Positions 26,101-38,514 of a DNA stretch of 64,000 nt are shown here, piece after piece; the stretch's first letter is position 1, and every line of letters starts with the position of its first letter. A program made the translations under genes and the position numbers. Origin of the DNA: Lingula anatina (Eukaryota; Animalia; Brachiopoda); contig CM120646.1 of the NCBI GenBank assembly GCA_051362555.1, positions 248,001 through 312,000 of the forward strand. The letters are read 5' to 3'. A model generated the notes under the pieces. That model was not told the origin of the DNA and did not search any database. It saw only the letters and a program-made list of their open reading frames with translations.

Positions 26101-26949
26101 ATATATCTAAGGCATTGGTCAAAAGCCGGAGTAAATTATATGCAAGATATTATAAATATTAATGGTGAATTTATATCATTAGAAGAAATAATAAATCAAC
26201 ACAACTTCGACATTAAGCTGCCGAATTTTCTAGAATACGAAAAAGTAAAAAAATCAATTCCGATATCATGGTTACGTAAACTTCGGGAAAATGCAGAAAC
26301 AGTTGACAACACAGACTCAGATGAGATAGTATGGACTCTAGCCTCTACAAAAACCATTTACGATAAGCTAATAGAAAGAAAAGTAATAAATTTACCCACA
26401 GCAAGTTTGCATCTCATCAAATCAGGCGTAAGTGAAAATGATTGGCAGAGAGTTTTCTTGATACCATTTGAGTCTGTCAAAGAAACTCAACTACAAGTAA
26501 TGCAATACAGAATAATTCACAATGTGCTGTACACAAATTCTACACTGTTCAAAATGAAAATAGTTACTAGCCCAGGATGTATTAACTGCCATATGAAAGA
26601 AACAATAATACATCGTTTTGTAGAATGTGTACGTGCAAGAAATTTTTGGATTGCATTTGAAAACTGGTGGAACATTCCGAATAACACCATACACTTCAGA
26701 AAAAATGAAAAAACTATAATGTACGGGTGTCTGTCAAGCGACCAGCGCGTAAAAGCTTTAAATTTCTGCATTATTGTGGCTAAACAATTCATAAACAAAA
26801 ATTCAGAAAATCCATCAGTCTATGATTTTGAACTGTTTCTACATTTTCTTAGTCAGAAGAAGAAAATAGAAAAATACATTGCTATAAAGACAGGAAAAGA
26901 AGACAGGTTCAATACAAAATGGAAACGCATTCCTACCATAACGTGTTAA
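23188..26949 (+). CDS. LINE ORF2: APE-type endonuclease + reverse transcriptase + C-terminal CCHC knuckle (1253 aa)
   Basis: EN motifs SLNVRGL, LQET, NIYAPN, GGDFN, RLDY, TDH; RT motifs PGVDG, WRPISLL, LDFKKAFD, GVRQGCPLS, YADD; CINC..ETIIHRFVEC; no stops or frameshifts. Confidence 0.97.
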   Translation: MSFDFSILSLNVRGLNNFKKRKGVFRWLHKRPENVFLLQETYSSQKVEKLWRAQWGGKVWYNHGTGHSKGVMILFKNNIEYDIIDTVTDPDGRLLGVKIKIGTSTFLMCNIYAPNQINEQVEFYRFLYKELAKYESDYVIIGGDFNCTLSKLDKHGGLSTHIKDKVIHEIQSIMKKYHLNDTWRKFHGAERRYTWKNSESKISCRLDYWITSNELIENCFIEKAEILYAPYTDHDAISLFLKTKDVTVRGRGFWKHNNTLLGDERYINEMKIVINEAKNRYNYLEDRGLAFDMITMEIRQFSIKFSKQKSKQHRENERDIWKKINVLQAEIDNQFNKEKAKELEKLKTEYDLILEAKTEGAIMRSKVRWYEKGERNTNYFINLEKRNRVRNTITKLINDTLTVTNDKDILQEQEKFYENLYTSQNTTFNERISNKFFNVQNIPQIPNDLKIACEGKLTINECKNALKELTKKKNKTPGVDGLSAEFYMKFWEELGEEIADCLNFAFETGQLNISQRQGIITLIPKKDKDRHRLENWRPISLLSVSYKIAAKALAKRMEMTLPTIINKNQTGYVKKRYIGENIRLIWDLMYSTKRQNKEGMAIFLDFKKAFDCIEWEFIKKCLKIFNFGPDFIQWFDIMYANASSCITNNGYSSRFFSITRGVRQGCPLSGPLFVLAVEILACAIRADPSIRGITIDRHEHKLCQYADDTTLFLNDVGSAKNALKLISEFKQISGLELNLSKSEALWLGSNRFNDEKPLGLLWPDRPIKALGIHFSYDYESCRFLDFDSKVDQIEKLLNLWSSRDLTWIGKIQILKTLGLAKLVYANTVLETPNDIILRIDALFKKFLWNDKKPKLKQNTLIAPKSKGGLNLTHVPSHVRSLKASMVKRIMLADNDDPWVINILKYLRSVGGKLIFSCNYELKNINISDIPPFYVTMLDAWSDLIQTDPNNASDIKKQIIWNNRFILVNKKSIYLRHWSKAGVNYMQDIININGEFISLEEIINQHNFDIKLPNFLEYEKVKKSIPISWLRKLRENAETVDNTDSDEIVWTLASTKTIYDKLIERKVINLPTASLHLIKSGVSENDWQRVFLIPFESVKETQLQVMQYRIIHNVLYTNSTLFKMKIVTSPGCINCHMKETIIHRFVECVRARNFWIAFENWWNIPNNTIHFRKNEKTIMYGCLSSDQRVKALNFCIIVAKQFINKNSENPSVYDFELFLHFLSQKKKIEKYIAIKTGKEDRFNTKWKRIPTITC

Positions 26950-26969
26950 AATTTTCACCTCTAGTACGC

Positions 26970-27361
26970 TATAGTTGCCGTTATGTAGTTCACAACAAGC
27001 ATGTATACGTGTAGTATGTATGGACGGATGAGTGAGTGAAAGTAAGTCTATATATTTATGTTCTTATTTATTTATCAGTATTTAATTACCGTAATTATTA
27101 TCAGTATCATATGCATTTAATCTTTGATTTTCTGTCTAAATATTTCATTATATATGTTATAGTTGCCGAGATGTAGCTCACAACAAGCATGCATACGCGT
27201 AGTATGTATGGATGGATGAGTGAGTGAGAGTAAATCTATATATTTATGATCTTTTTATTTACCTATTAGTATTTAATTACCGTAATTATCACCAGCATTG
27301 TATTACATGCATTTAATCTTTCAATCTTTGATTATCTGCTTAAATATTTTATTATATATGT
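26970..27361 (+). repeat. Diverged ~190-200-bp tandem duplication forming the LINE 3' UTR
   Basis: tatagttgccg...cacaacaagcatg...gagtgagtga...tatttaattaccgtaattat...taaatattt..attatatatgt occurs twice (from ~26970 and ~27158). Confidence 0.85.
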
Positions 27362-27414
27362 ATATTTTCTTTTTTTTTTTTTTTTGAGTGAATAAATGCA
27401 ATAAAAAGTCTTTG

Positions 27415-27455
<41 letters not shown>

Positions 27456-27460
<5 letters not shown>

Positions 27461-27981
27461 CACACAATCATATCTAACAACTCTGGGTCATTTATTCTTC
27501 GACCAACAACCTCTTGGAAATCCTCAACCGGGGCCTCTGTGATTAACTACCTAGCCCAGTCAATCTACTTTACATCGGAAGTGTTGGGTATCCTTATTTA
27601 TGTGTCAGTTACATGACTAGTGTCCTGCAAGTGGATATTTTCATGTGTGATGAATGGTCGTAAGTGAGTGGCTAGAGATATTTTATTCATAGGATGGTAT
27701 AGGCTGCTCACTCAGGGGGGAGTTGATTAAGACTTACAAAGAAATTAATCAGACTGTAACGGTGAAGTTTATTCCTGATTTTTGGAGAGAGAGAGAGAGG
27801 AGAGGAGGGTAATCTATACCCACACAAGATCTCACAAAAGTGAGATAATGGAGGAAAAGTTTTATGTTGAGTGAAAATGGTGCTTATTTTATCAGTGCAT
27901 TATATTACATGAAGGAAAATATTGTAAGCAGAATAGAAGATCACCAATCCAATTGTACTGTTGTTTTATAAAAGAAAAATA
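27456..27981 (+). repeat. Right copy of 526-bp direct repeat (putative TSD)
   Basis: Starts within the last two A of the poly(A); diverges from the left copy after aaagaaaaata (tcag versus gcac). Confidence 0.95.
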
Positions 27982-28224
27982 TCAGTTTTGTCTTATAATT
28001 TGTTTTAAAATATCTGTATTGGTTTTATTTCTAAACCAGTATGTTTATATTGACAGTTATGTACTTAAATGTGCAAGTGTTCGTATATGTGTCTTCGTGG
28101 GCACAGCAAGAAATGTGCACTTTATTTGTGTAATTCTACATATATGTGTGTTACTGTGTGCATATGCACAACATCATGTGAGTTGTCACAGGACAATTGT
28201 TCTCCTACACCAAGGGAAAAGAAA

Positions 28225-28730
28225 GATAGCAGTAGTGGCACTTCCAGTCTTGTTGATGTAGAGAGATGGCAGTAGTGGCACTTCCAGTCTTGTTGATGTA
28301 GAGAGATGGCAGTAGTGGCACTTCCAGTCTTGTGAATGTAGAGAGATGGCAGTAGTGGCACTTCCAGTCTTGTGGATGTAGAGAGATGGCAGTAGTGGCA
28401 CTTCCAGTCTTGTGGATGTAGAGAGATGGCAGTAGTGGCACTTCCAGTCTTGTGGATGTAGAGAGATGGCAGTAGTGGCACTTCCAGTCTTGTGGATGTA
28501 GAGAGATGGCAGTAGTGGCACTTCCAGTCTTGTGGATGTAGAGAGATGGCAGTAGTGACACTTCCAGTCTTTTGGATGTAGAGAGATGGCAGTAGTGACA
28601 CTTCCAGTCTTTTGGATGTAGAGAGATGGCAGTAGTGGCACTTCCAGTCTTGTTGATTTAGAGAGGTGGCAGTAGTGGCACTTCCAGTCTGATGGATATA
28701 GAAAGATGGCAGTAGTAGCAGTTCCAGTCA
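28225..28730. repeat. 40-bp minisatellite (gatggcagtagtggcacttccagtcttgtggatgtagaga), ~12 units
   Basis: Direct reading. Confidence 0.97.
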
Positions 28731-31700
28731 TGGTTGTGAATGTCGTAGGTGTATTCCCAATGGGCAGAGGTTAAAAACCATAATAAGAATGTTTCCTCCC
28801 TTGTATTTAGCAGTTTAGTATTTGAGGCCAAGTTCATAAAAGAGCAGACTTAAAACAATAAATCTGATGCCCCATATGTAGCAGCTTGGATGATATTCTC
28901 CCAAGGGAAGCAGGAAAGTTTGAAGTCAAGGCATAAACTAAAAAGCCAAAAGAGTCATTTAGGGATAGCAGGCTTTAAATTAATACCTTAATAGCTGAAG
29001 TTAACCCACAACTGTCTGACAGAGACTTTAGAGTGGCGCAGATGCAGTGTTAGTTGTTGTTCGCTTGAAATAATCATGTATTATCATCAGCGTAGGCCTC
29101 ATACATGTTTCACAGGGATGAACAAAATCAATGGCTGACATGTAATTTGTGATGTTTTTTTTTCACTGTTTCATGAAGATTATCAGTGAATTGGAGTCAC
29201 TTAGTGGCAGACGGCATGGGTACAATGGCTCTAACTCTCACTTAAAACAATATATGAGCATGCTGATCTCTCTAGATGATAGATTCTAGAGATTTAGAAA
29301 AAATAAATGGTTTTGGTTTGATTCCCAAATTGAAATTTGGCATTCATTAGTTATTTGTTTTGTGGATAGTGTTCCTAGAGTATATTGTTCCCAAAAGGGC
29401 AATCCTTTGCTGTGTAATTCAAAACCATTAGCTTTTATTCATTTTGATAAGTAATTATTTTTATCAGCAGTGAAATGATTGTCTGAAGCAAAAGGGACAT
29501 TCATAAGTTTTCCACTGTTTTCATGTATTACACTGGTAATGGTTAAAATGAGGAAACAACTTCTTTACGTAAAATGTCCAATAATGGTAGCTATTGCTGC
29601 TGAGAATCTTGTTGTGATAATACATCAGCCTTTGCTTTCTCCTAGAGTCACTTTTTCCATGCATGAGAAAAATATACATCTTTGACCTATAAGTAAGTTA
29701 ATATAGAATCCTATTTACAATCTTTAGATTTGACATCACAATGATCAGTAATTAATTAATTAATTTAGCTGTATAACAAGATGTCTGGCCTCAAGACACT
29801 AGAAAAATGAGAATTGACTCAAATAAGATCAGTCATTTTAAAGTTCATCAATTATCAAAGTGTTAAAAGCTATAAAAAGGGAAGATTTTCAGCAGCAGAT
29901 GTCTTTCAATATACTGTATATGCACCTTCTTGATTTTATGTAGTAGTATCCTACCAGTAATAGGGAGGGCGAGCTGGAAAAACTGCCAATTTTGATTAAT
30001 CGCATCAGAGGCCATCTGCCCATGAAGATGGTACTAGTGATATAGAATTGATTCTCAGAACCAATATCTCACTGGAAATGAGGAAGTCTCCATGCTTTAT
30101 GATGTTGCCTGTCTCTAGTTTTCTGAGAATCTCACATTTATAATCTAATATTTTATTATGTTGTTAGACTGGTTTATGTATCTGCCCTCCAATTTGTTGG
30201 ATTGTGATGGTATCCTTCTGTATGGTTGACAGCTTGTAATTATTTGTTTTGAAGCTTTAAAGAAACATATAAAACTGTGATATCAGTTTTCATGTTCCAC
30301 AATGTCAGTTGTATCTGGTAAAGTACAAGTGCAGCTTTGCTGCTTGTTGGTGAATTGATGATTTATTAAAAAATTATCTTCAGACATTTTGATATGTGCA
30401 ACTATAATTAAATATGAACATACAAAATAGTTTAAATTGTTCATATATATTGGAGAATTATCATTATATTAGACACAATCAGCATTTAATAATCAATGCA
30501 AGGTATAATTGGTAAAGTAATTTTTTTTTAGCCACCAGATATAAACATATTTTTTATTTTATATGCCCAAACAATCTCAGTGGCAGGCATAGAGATCATA
30601 GTGTGCCCTGCATCAGTTAATTGAATAACATTCTAAATACATACTTAATACATAACCACGGACAGATTATTACGCAGCCATGATAAATTATTTCACTGCC
30701 TTTTAAGTGAATTGTGGAAATGAAGGCACTAATGCTATCATCTGGTCTAATTAAAGCCTGTAGGCAGAGACTTGAGATCACTGGTACAAGTCATAATGTT
30801 CTGAACAGATTTATTATGATGTAAGGATCCTCAGTCATGAATTGAGCTTAATCCTCACTCCTGTGCCTTCAGCAAGTTTCCATGGAAAATCATCAGTGAT
30901 AGCTTCCTTTCTCCATTGGAGATTATTGGGATTAATGGTGTTTATAGCGAGGTTAAAGACTGTATTTTAAAAATGTTATCCTGTTGTAATGATGGTTGGG
31001 ATGTGTATGGAGTCTGGTGTAAGGGAGAGGTCGTCTGATTTTGTGTCTGCTCTTTGACATTAAAACATTTTTATACCAAAAGTCAGATAGCACAGTGAAA
31101 TATTGAACATTTTAATTCACTTCTTTAAAAATGTTCTTAAAAACCTAATATTTCAGTTTTGATTGAAAAGATGTGACTCACTTCTGTATGTATTGCACAA
31201 TGGGAAATAACTGCAAGATGAAATGAATGACAGAGTATGTATTTTAAACTGTAGAAATAGAGCAAGAAAATTTATTGTAACTCCACATGTGCCTGGAAAG
31301 CCAAAGAAGAATATATATTACATGACTTGTAGATTCCAGCATGAATTCTGCCTTCAAATTAAATATCCAATGCTGAATGTCCTGTTCTTGAATCTTGTAG
31401 AACAGTGCTATTGCGATAGTTAAGACATGTTCATCAACTGATTGTGATGGTTGAGATGGGAAGCATTGCTAAGATATCTGCTGCAAATTGTGACATCTGT
31501 AGAACCTGCAGCAAGCAGTGTTCTGTTCTTTGACTTATGAAGCCCAACACTTCTTTAGTTATCATTAAGAGCATGTGTTCATGTAATGCCACACAGTAAA
31601 AATTGTCTTGTAACCAAAATGTGACACAATATGTCTCAAAGAGACAATTATATCTAAGGGGAACATTATCCATGTTTTTCTTTTCACAGAGAAGATTTTT

Positions 31701-32364
31701 TATTCCAGAAAATGTTTATGGCAAAGATTGGGCATAACATATACAATATTTTCTTTAAGAAATTAAATATTCTTCATAAACTACAAATTAAGACTGGGCC
31801 TAGATTACAGCAGTCTCAGCTTTATTACCATGGCTATAACTTCCATTTTATTTCTAATTCTCATTCTCCTTTCTTGCTTCATTTTGATTCTGTATATTTT
31901 TGCATTGCTGTGTACAACTAATCACCAGCTAGTTACTTTATGTTCCCCAGATGGAGTAAGTATTTATTGTCCATGGGGAATGCTTTAATTGGTTTTCCTG
32001 ATTGAATGTTTCATGTTTTCATCTTTTCTTTATATTTGCAATCTGTTGTTTGGAATCCCCTGAGAAGATGGTCAGGAATTCATGCCATTTTCAAGAAGTT
32101 TCATATTTTATGATGTAGTTTGAATAATGAAGTTAATAGTTTGTTTGCAGCACATGGAATCAAAAGGCAGAAAACAAGTGGATAATCAATGGAAAATACC
32201 ATATTGATGGTTTTATTGTTTGTGGATGATATATTAGTTGTTTTTTTTTTTTTTAATAAACTTCACCTAGTCCAGATGCTGTTGATTTATCTATGTTTCT
32301 AACTCCAAGCATTGGTTTTATTACTGTTTTAAAATGTTATTCTTTTTGCTGTTTTCATTTTTTA

Positions 32365-32365
<1 letters not shown>

Positions 32366-32429
<64 letters not shown>
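32366..32429. repeat. (ATT)n microsatellite
   Basis: Pure trinucleotide run. Confidence 0.95.
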
Positions 32430-32430
<1 letters not shown>

Positions 32431-35400
32431 AAACTGTATGATTCTAAAATTTAACAGTCAAAACTTGCCCAGTGTATGTTACCACACCAGTGTATACAAT
32501 TGCGTAGTGAACTCAGGACTTGAACTGTCTGTATTACCCGCTTTGGTGAAGATTTTATTGGATTTATATCTAAAACTTATCAATGCAGCACAGCTTGGAT
32601 TCCTAATTTCTTGATTGCATTTTTGGAAGAAACCCTTTGAAATTTGGACTAACTTACTTTAGTTTGTTACTAGGTATAAGAAATGATTAATGAAAAGTAA
32701 CATGAAAAGAACGGAGATAAATAACAGACATATACAGATGACCTGATAGCTTAGCTGAGCAGGGATAACATTACCCTTTAATACCATCCCAGTGGGCCCC
32801 AGCCTTTACCCCTGGGTATGAGGAACTTGTCGCCACAGTTCAGATGTAGGATTATATACAAGTCACAGCAAACTGGGTTCAAACTAAGAGATTTTAATCT
32901 TCTTAAAAGAACTGCGTTTTTTAACAGTATATGCACATACACACACATGCATGCATGCACGCACACTTATTATTATCACAACTAACACATTCAGTAGCTG
33001 TCACAACTAACACACTCAGTGTACTGTTACCTGACATCACTAGATCTTCTGTGACACTGCAGTATATGACTGCTGACCCAGTGTTGGAGAATCAATACAA
33101 AACTCTTTTCAGTTTACAAAAAATTCTACAAGTGAAGAAATGGTATCTTATTTCTCTTTTTTACTTCTTGTAAAGTAACCTACCTTTTGATCAATGTGAT
33201 TCGATTTCTTTATCAAGTTGATAATTTGCTCTGTAAGATGACCAATGGATTGTTGAAGCATTAACAAAAATGTTCATTTAGTTTTTAAAATTAATGATAT
33301 TTTCCTTACACCTTATAATTCTAAACACTTCACCATGTGTTAATGTAGTGTTTGAGGCACCACTTTTAAAAATGAAAATACAAAAGGATTAAATTCAGTC
33401 ATATAATAAATTATATACTTCTCATTTGGTTGGTTGCTATTGGAGGATCACTGATGCATCTAATGAAATCTCCTCACTGATGGTCTTTAGTTAAACTTAT
33501 TATCCCCTCTATTCATGTAACACACCTGATGGCTGCCACTTTTCTTATGGTCCAAGATCACTGTGGTGAACCAAAGCAAACATGAATTAAGAGATGTGAT
33601 CATCCATGTAGCAGAGATATTATTAGTCCACTCATTTCTATGGAATTCCTGGTCATTTGACTCGTGCCAGGAACATGGATAGTTGTTGTCCATAGTAAAG
33701 ATTGTGTGACTGAATACTAACTTGATATAGTTGAAAATGAAGTGAGGCTAACAAAGTTATGTATTTGAATCATCCTGTAAGTAGATGGCAGCTATAATGT
33801 GGTCAGTTAGCTTCCACAATCAATAAGTTCAGTGAAGTTTTGGCGTTATTTCTTTACTCTTTATTCAAGTACAGCGTCATTGGCAGCTTAAATAGGTCTC
33901 GAGGGTGCCTTTAATTTCAGTCTTAAGTTTGAATGGAAATTGCTTTTTAAAAAGTTGTAAGTTTGGTGTCATATTTTAATGTGCTTTGGTCTCTGCGTGA
34001 ATGATATGGGTTTGATTTAAACAGATATCCAATACTAAAAATCAATAATGAATTGTCTAACATGATAACTATATTTTTTTTCTTTTTTGCCAAAGTGAAT
34101 TATAATTTGAATGTCTGTCCAATAATTTTCTGTCCTTACATGACTTCTATATCTACATGGACATCAGGCATTTCTCATGGGTTTTTTAGTAGAATTTTCA
34201 TAGAATAACCTGCCAGCCTGTTTAATTCTAAATTTGCTTTTTTACCAATTGATAGATAAGAGAAGGCAGATAAAGTGATTACAATTAACAATTGCCTTTT
34301 TAGTGTAAAGATTAGACAGCAGTTGTCCTGGCTGAAGTGAAATGACTGATGTCTGTGGGAGATATGACAAGGGCAACCATAATGAGATTACATGAAAAAG
34401 TGAGCAGATTGGCTCAGCAGATTTTTATTGTGTTCTTTTTGGCATTTGAGTCATTCTCTTGATATTGATGGAGCTGATTTTGCTCTCAAATCTGAACAGA
34501 TGCAGGGAAGGTACACATATACAGAGAGAGCAAATGGTAGATATTGCAATTCAATTGTGTGCCGATGTCAGTGGCTTGATTTTCACAGATAATTACACGC
34601 AAGGCTTCCTATAACTGCCCATTTTCACAAAGTATACACTTGACACAAAATCTTGACCAAATATCTACCATAGCTTATTAACAACCTTGGATAAGATGTT
34701 TTTCTTGTTATAGAGTACAGGTATTTTATTGAAGTAGAGAAAGAGTTTGCCAGTTTTAGTGGCCTTGGTAAAGTCTCACATGTCTTGGGAGGTGGCATAT
34801 CTGCACTGCCTGGGTTTAAAACTGTACCTAGTCTTGTTTTCTTGAAGTATCTGATCAAATTGTCTGCAGAACCAGTTAAGCATTGTTCCTAATCTCAGAT
34901 GAAATATCAGCCTTCTGTAAAGCAAACTGCAGGAGAACACGCCACACTACGGTCTGGGGATATGAAAATAAGATTACGTGGAAAATTGAGTTTCAGATTG
35001 AGGATGTAAAGCTTTGTCACATGAAAAATGTGAAAACTTGAAAATGGTAGGACTACAGCCTTGTTCTTAAATAGCAAGTGGAACTTCCTGTTCAAATTTA
35101 TGTCATTTGGTCAATTTAGTTTGATTTTTGTATCAGTTTGAAAATTTGCACTGTAAGATGGCCAAGATACTGGTGAGCCATTAACAAAAATGTGAAATTA
35201 GTCGTAAAAGATATTTCTCATCTAATAATTCTAACACAGAAGGAAAATCTGCATATATTTATTTACAATTTTGCTTTAAAAATTACCGTGATTAATTTTC
35301 TTTGGCAATGTATCATTGTAACGTTAATGAAACTTAACATCCTGTCATCACGCCTAATCATGAATAAACAAAAATTATTGATCTTTTTGTACAGTGCTCA

Positions 35401-38400
35401 AAAATGGCTATCAAAGTTGGGCACATCAATGTTTAAATGTAGAAACAGACATGTTTCAGCACATGATGCAGACATGCATAGACTTGACTGTGTGAAAAGT
35501 AAAAACAAACCAGCAAGGTATTGTCATGAAAGAGAAATAAACATCATCAGCTAACTTTACATCTTTACATTTTGTGCTACCTGTGACACAATCAATTCCT
35601 TCCTCAAATATTGCACAATTTCTGAGTTTGTGATTTCTGGCCGTATGTCAACACAGTAAATGCTGCATTAGTTTTCCATAATTTCTTTTCTCTTAAATGT
35701 TTAATTGTGTCTGCATGATTGATTTGGTCAATTGACTTGTGGGTGCTTATTAAATATTACCTGGTGTTGTGGTATGCGCTGTCATGTGGTCCAGAATTTT
35801 AGGGAGAGATGGAAGACCAGGTAGTTGTTAAAACTTGATTCTCTCTTTTTTTTTCCAATGGTAATCAAGAAAATGTTGCATTAATAGTTACTTTTTCTGG
35901 ATTTCAGTTGTGTATTAAATTGGTTTTTGCTCTTCTTAACCTTTCAGAATTAAAAAAAATTAACTATCTAAAGAAGAAACACTCCAAAGGGTGGTACAGT
36001 AGAATATAGATATATGTTTTGGCGGAGAAATGGAAGTTCACCTGTTTACTTTTTGCTATTTTTCCTTTCAAACAAGCTAAAAATGTGAAAACTAATAGCA
36101 GCAAGAATCACTTCAAAGCTTACTTTTGAAGTCCACAATTCCACTATTTACCCTGTCTCACTTCAACCAGGTCACACTACACAGGTGCTCAGCTCTCCCC
36201 TCCTCCATCCCCCATAAAACCCTGTCCCCACTTCCCAGCCCATTGAAATGGGGTCATTCATGTGGCCTCCCACAAATATCTCAGTGTTATCCCAGCATTG
36301 ACCATTCAGTTTATCCAAGCATTGTGAGGCAGGGAAGCTTGGCGTCTTTTACCATAGTTAACACCCGCAGCTGTTCTCTACAATACACTGCCTCCACTCA
36401 CTGGGGCGTCTGTCTCTATGAACAGTGTGGACATATTTGTGTAGGCGCGGGGCCACTCCAGTGCTCCACTACTATAGCCACTCACTGGACCGCGTCCACT
36501 TCACATGCCATGTGACCGCTATTGGACGCCTACTCCGTTTAAATGTCCCCAACGGTAAGTGAACAGCACACTATGAGTTTCATGTTGTTAGCTGATCAAG
36601 GCTGCAGATTTTAGGTTGAGATGGTGTTGTCATTGACTGTGGACTGTAGACAGAGAGCAGGTAGCTTGGGGAGTGGGCTAGACCAGGTAAGGAGGGGGTA
36701 TTCACCTCAACTTTTGAATGGAGAGACATCCAAGACAGCAGGGGTGACAGAGGGGGCAGGATAGCAGGGTTGTTGGGGTGACAGTGGTGACACTACACTA
36801 GATTACCATGACTAGAGACAGGAGAACTGTTGACAAGGATAAATAATGTGACAGAACAAGTGACTGGGGACATCTCAGACATCACATAGAGAACTTGGGC
36901 TATTATCTGACTATGAAACTGAGAGTCTCAGTGTATAATGTAGAAAGGGGGGAATGGAGCGTATTTTGAACTGAACTATAGTTGTATGCAGTGTAGATAT
37001 AATTAATAACATGATACGTGTCAGGGAGTCCTGTACTGAAAGAACTTTCAATATATCAGACAACATAGATAAGAGAGATTGGGCTTGCGACATGGTAGAT
37101 AATTAGTTTCTATCGTCAAATGAAATGCAAAAAGATATTGTACGGATAGAAGAATGTTGAAAGGAAAACATACAATGCTGTGGAATTTTATGGACTAAGG
37201 GAGAAGAAAGGACACCTGATCATGAGTTACAGTGTTTATATTGCACATGTAGATGACAATTTCCTTTGACAATAAAGAAGACTCCAACAACTTCAAGGAT
37301 AACTAATTTAAGTAGAAGACAGCAGGAAATCTAGCAGTTATCTGATGAGCAGGATTCAGCTGTAAGAATTTCTCATTAGTGAAGAAACCAAATCATGTAT
37401 GACACAACTTTGCAAGAAGTTATCTTTAGAGAACTTCACAGCTGTAAGGAGCCACCTTTGCAGAAGAAACTATATCAGCCACTGTGTCTGTTATCATCAC
37501 CCAAGGGATGTCCTGTCATGGCAGACAAGAGTAACTCGACTGAACACTTGGATTATCAGCTCATTCTCAGAGTGGATTGAGCAGTTATGATGAGCCTGTT
37601 CACACCTGGGCTGACTGAGACTGGAATAGGGTCAAAATAACGTCAACCACAGCCAGACAGCAATATACTGGGTTTTGAATACCAAGGTATTTCAGGTTAA
37701 CCTGGCTGCCTAGTAACATCAGTAGGACTGTTATCCGTTCTCAGTTAGACCCGGTGGAAATGCGGCCTATGGGAGTTTTTAAAACAAGGCACACCAAAAA
37801 CCTTTATGCACTGCAAGATTTTTGCTTAAATATTGCATGTGGGGTGAATGGCCCTCTGGTAACTTCTCAGGGATGAAGCAGTACAAGGAGATGAATGAAC
37901 TGGAGCAGAAGCCAGTTTAGGCTGATTATGAGGCAACTCTCTGGGGAAATCAGGGGTCCACCCTACTGCTTAGCTTGGCTTAATTCAAAGATAATTTTCT
38001 GAGGTGTCTCATGGTATTTATTTACTTATTCCATTTATTATTTTTTCCTTTGTTCAATTTTTGTCACTAAGCTACCATTAGAATAGGACATACAAACTTA
38101 GGTCCACACAATGTAACTGGAAACACATCTCCAGTCAATGAGATGTTGTATTTACCTGTTTTCTAGCACAGGTAGTGTGTTATCTATACCTGAGGTGACA
38201 GGTGCTCCTCCCTCCTGTAATCTGAACATAAACACAGGGATAATAACACCTGACGCAGACTGAAGTGGACACATTGCCAGGGCTGGCACTAGTTTGGGGT
38301 GATTTACCTGAACAGAATTCCTCTCTGCAACTGTAACAGCCTCATTGAGGTTTTATAGTCAGTTATAAAATTAAAGTTTCCTCTTTAACTAGCTTCAGTA

Positions 38401-38514
38401 CTGAATGTTTGCGTTGGGTAGAGGGGAGTCAGGACACTGGAGATATGGATGCTGTCCTTCTAAGATGAACACTGTCTGGGAGTGGATTACAGGTGTGCTG
38501 ACACCTCACCTGTA

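Larger units (their letters stand above)
22528..27457 (+). mobile_element. 5'-truncated non-LTR retrotransposon, L1/Tx1-type LINE
   Basis: Partial ORF1, 318-bp spacer, intact ORF2, 3' UTR, AATAAA at 27391 and 27400, poly(A) 27415-27457 (43 nt). Confidence 0.96.

Noticed and set aside
24822-26798. Antisense ORFs within LINE ORF2
   Set aside because: Short shadow ORFs of the coding strand with no independent support.
22002-27981. Interpreting the 526-bp direct repeats as LTRs
   Set aside because: No TG...CA termini, PBS/PPT, protease or integrase; the element has an APE endonuclease, a poly(A) tail and a 5' truncation within ORF1.
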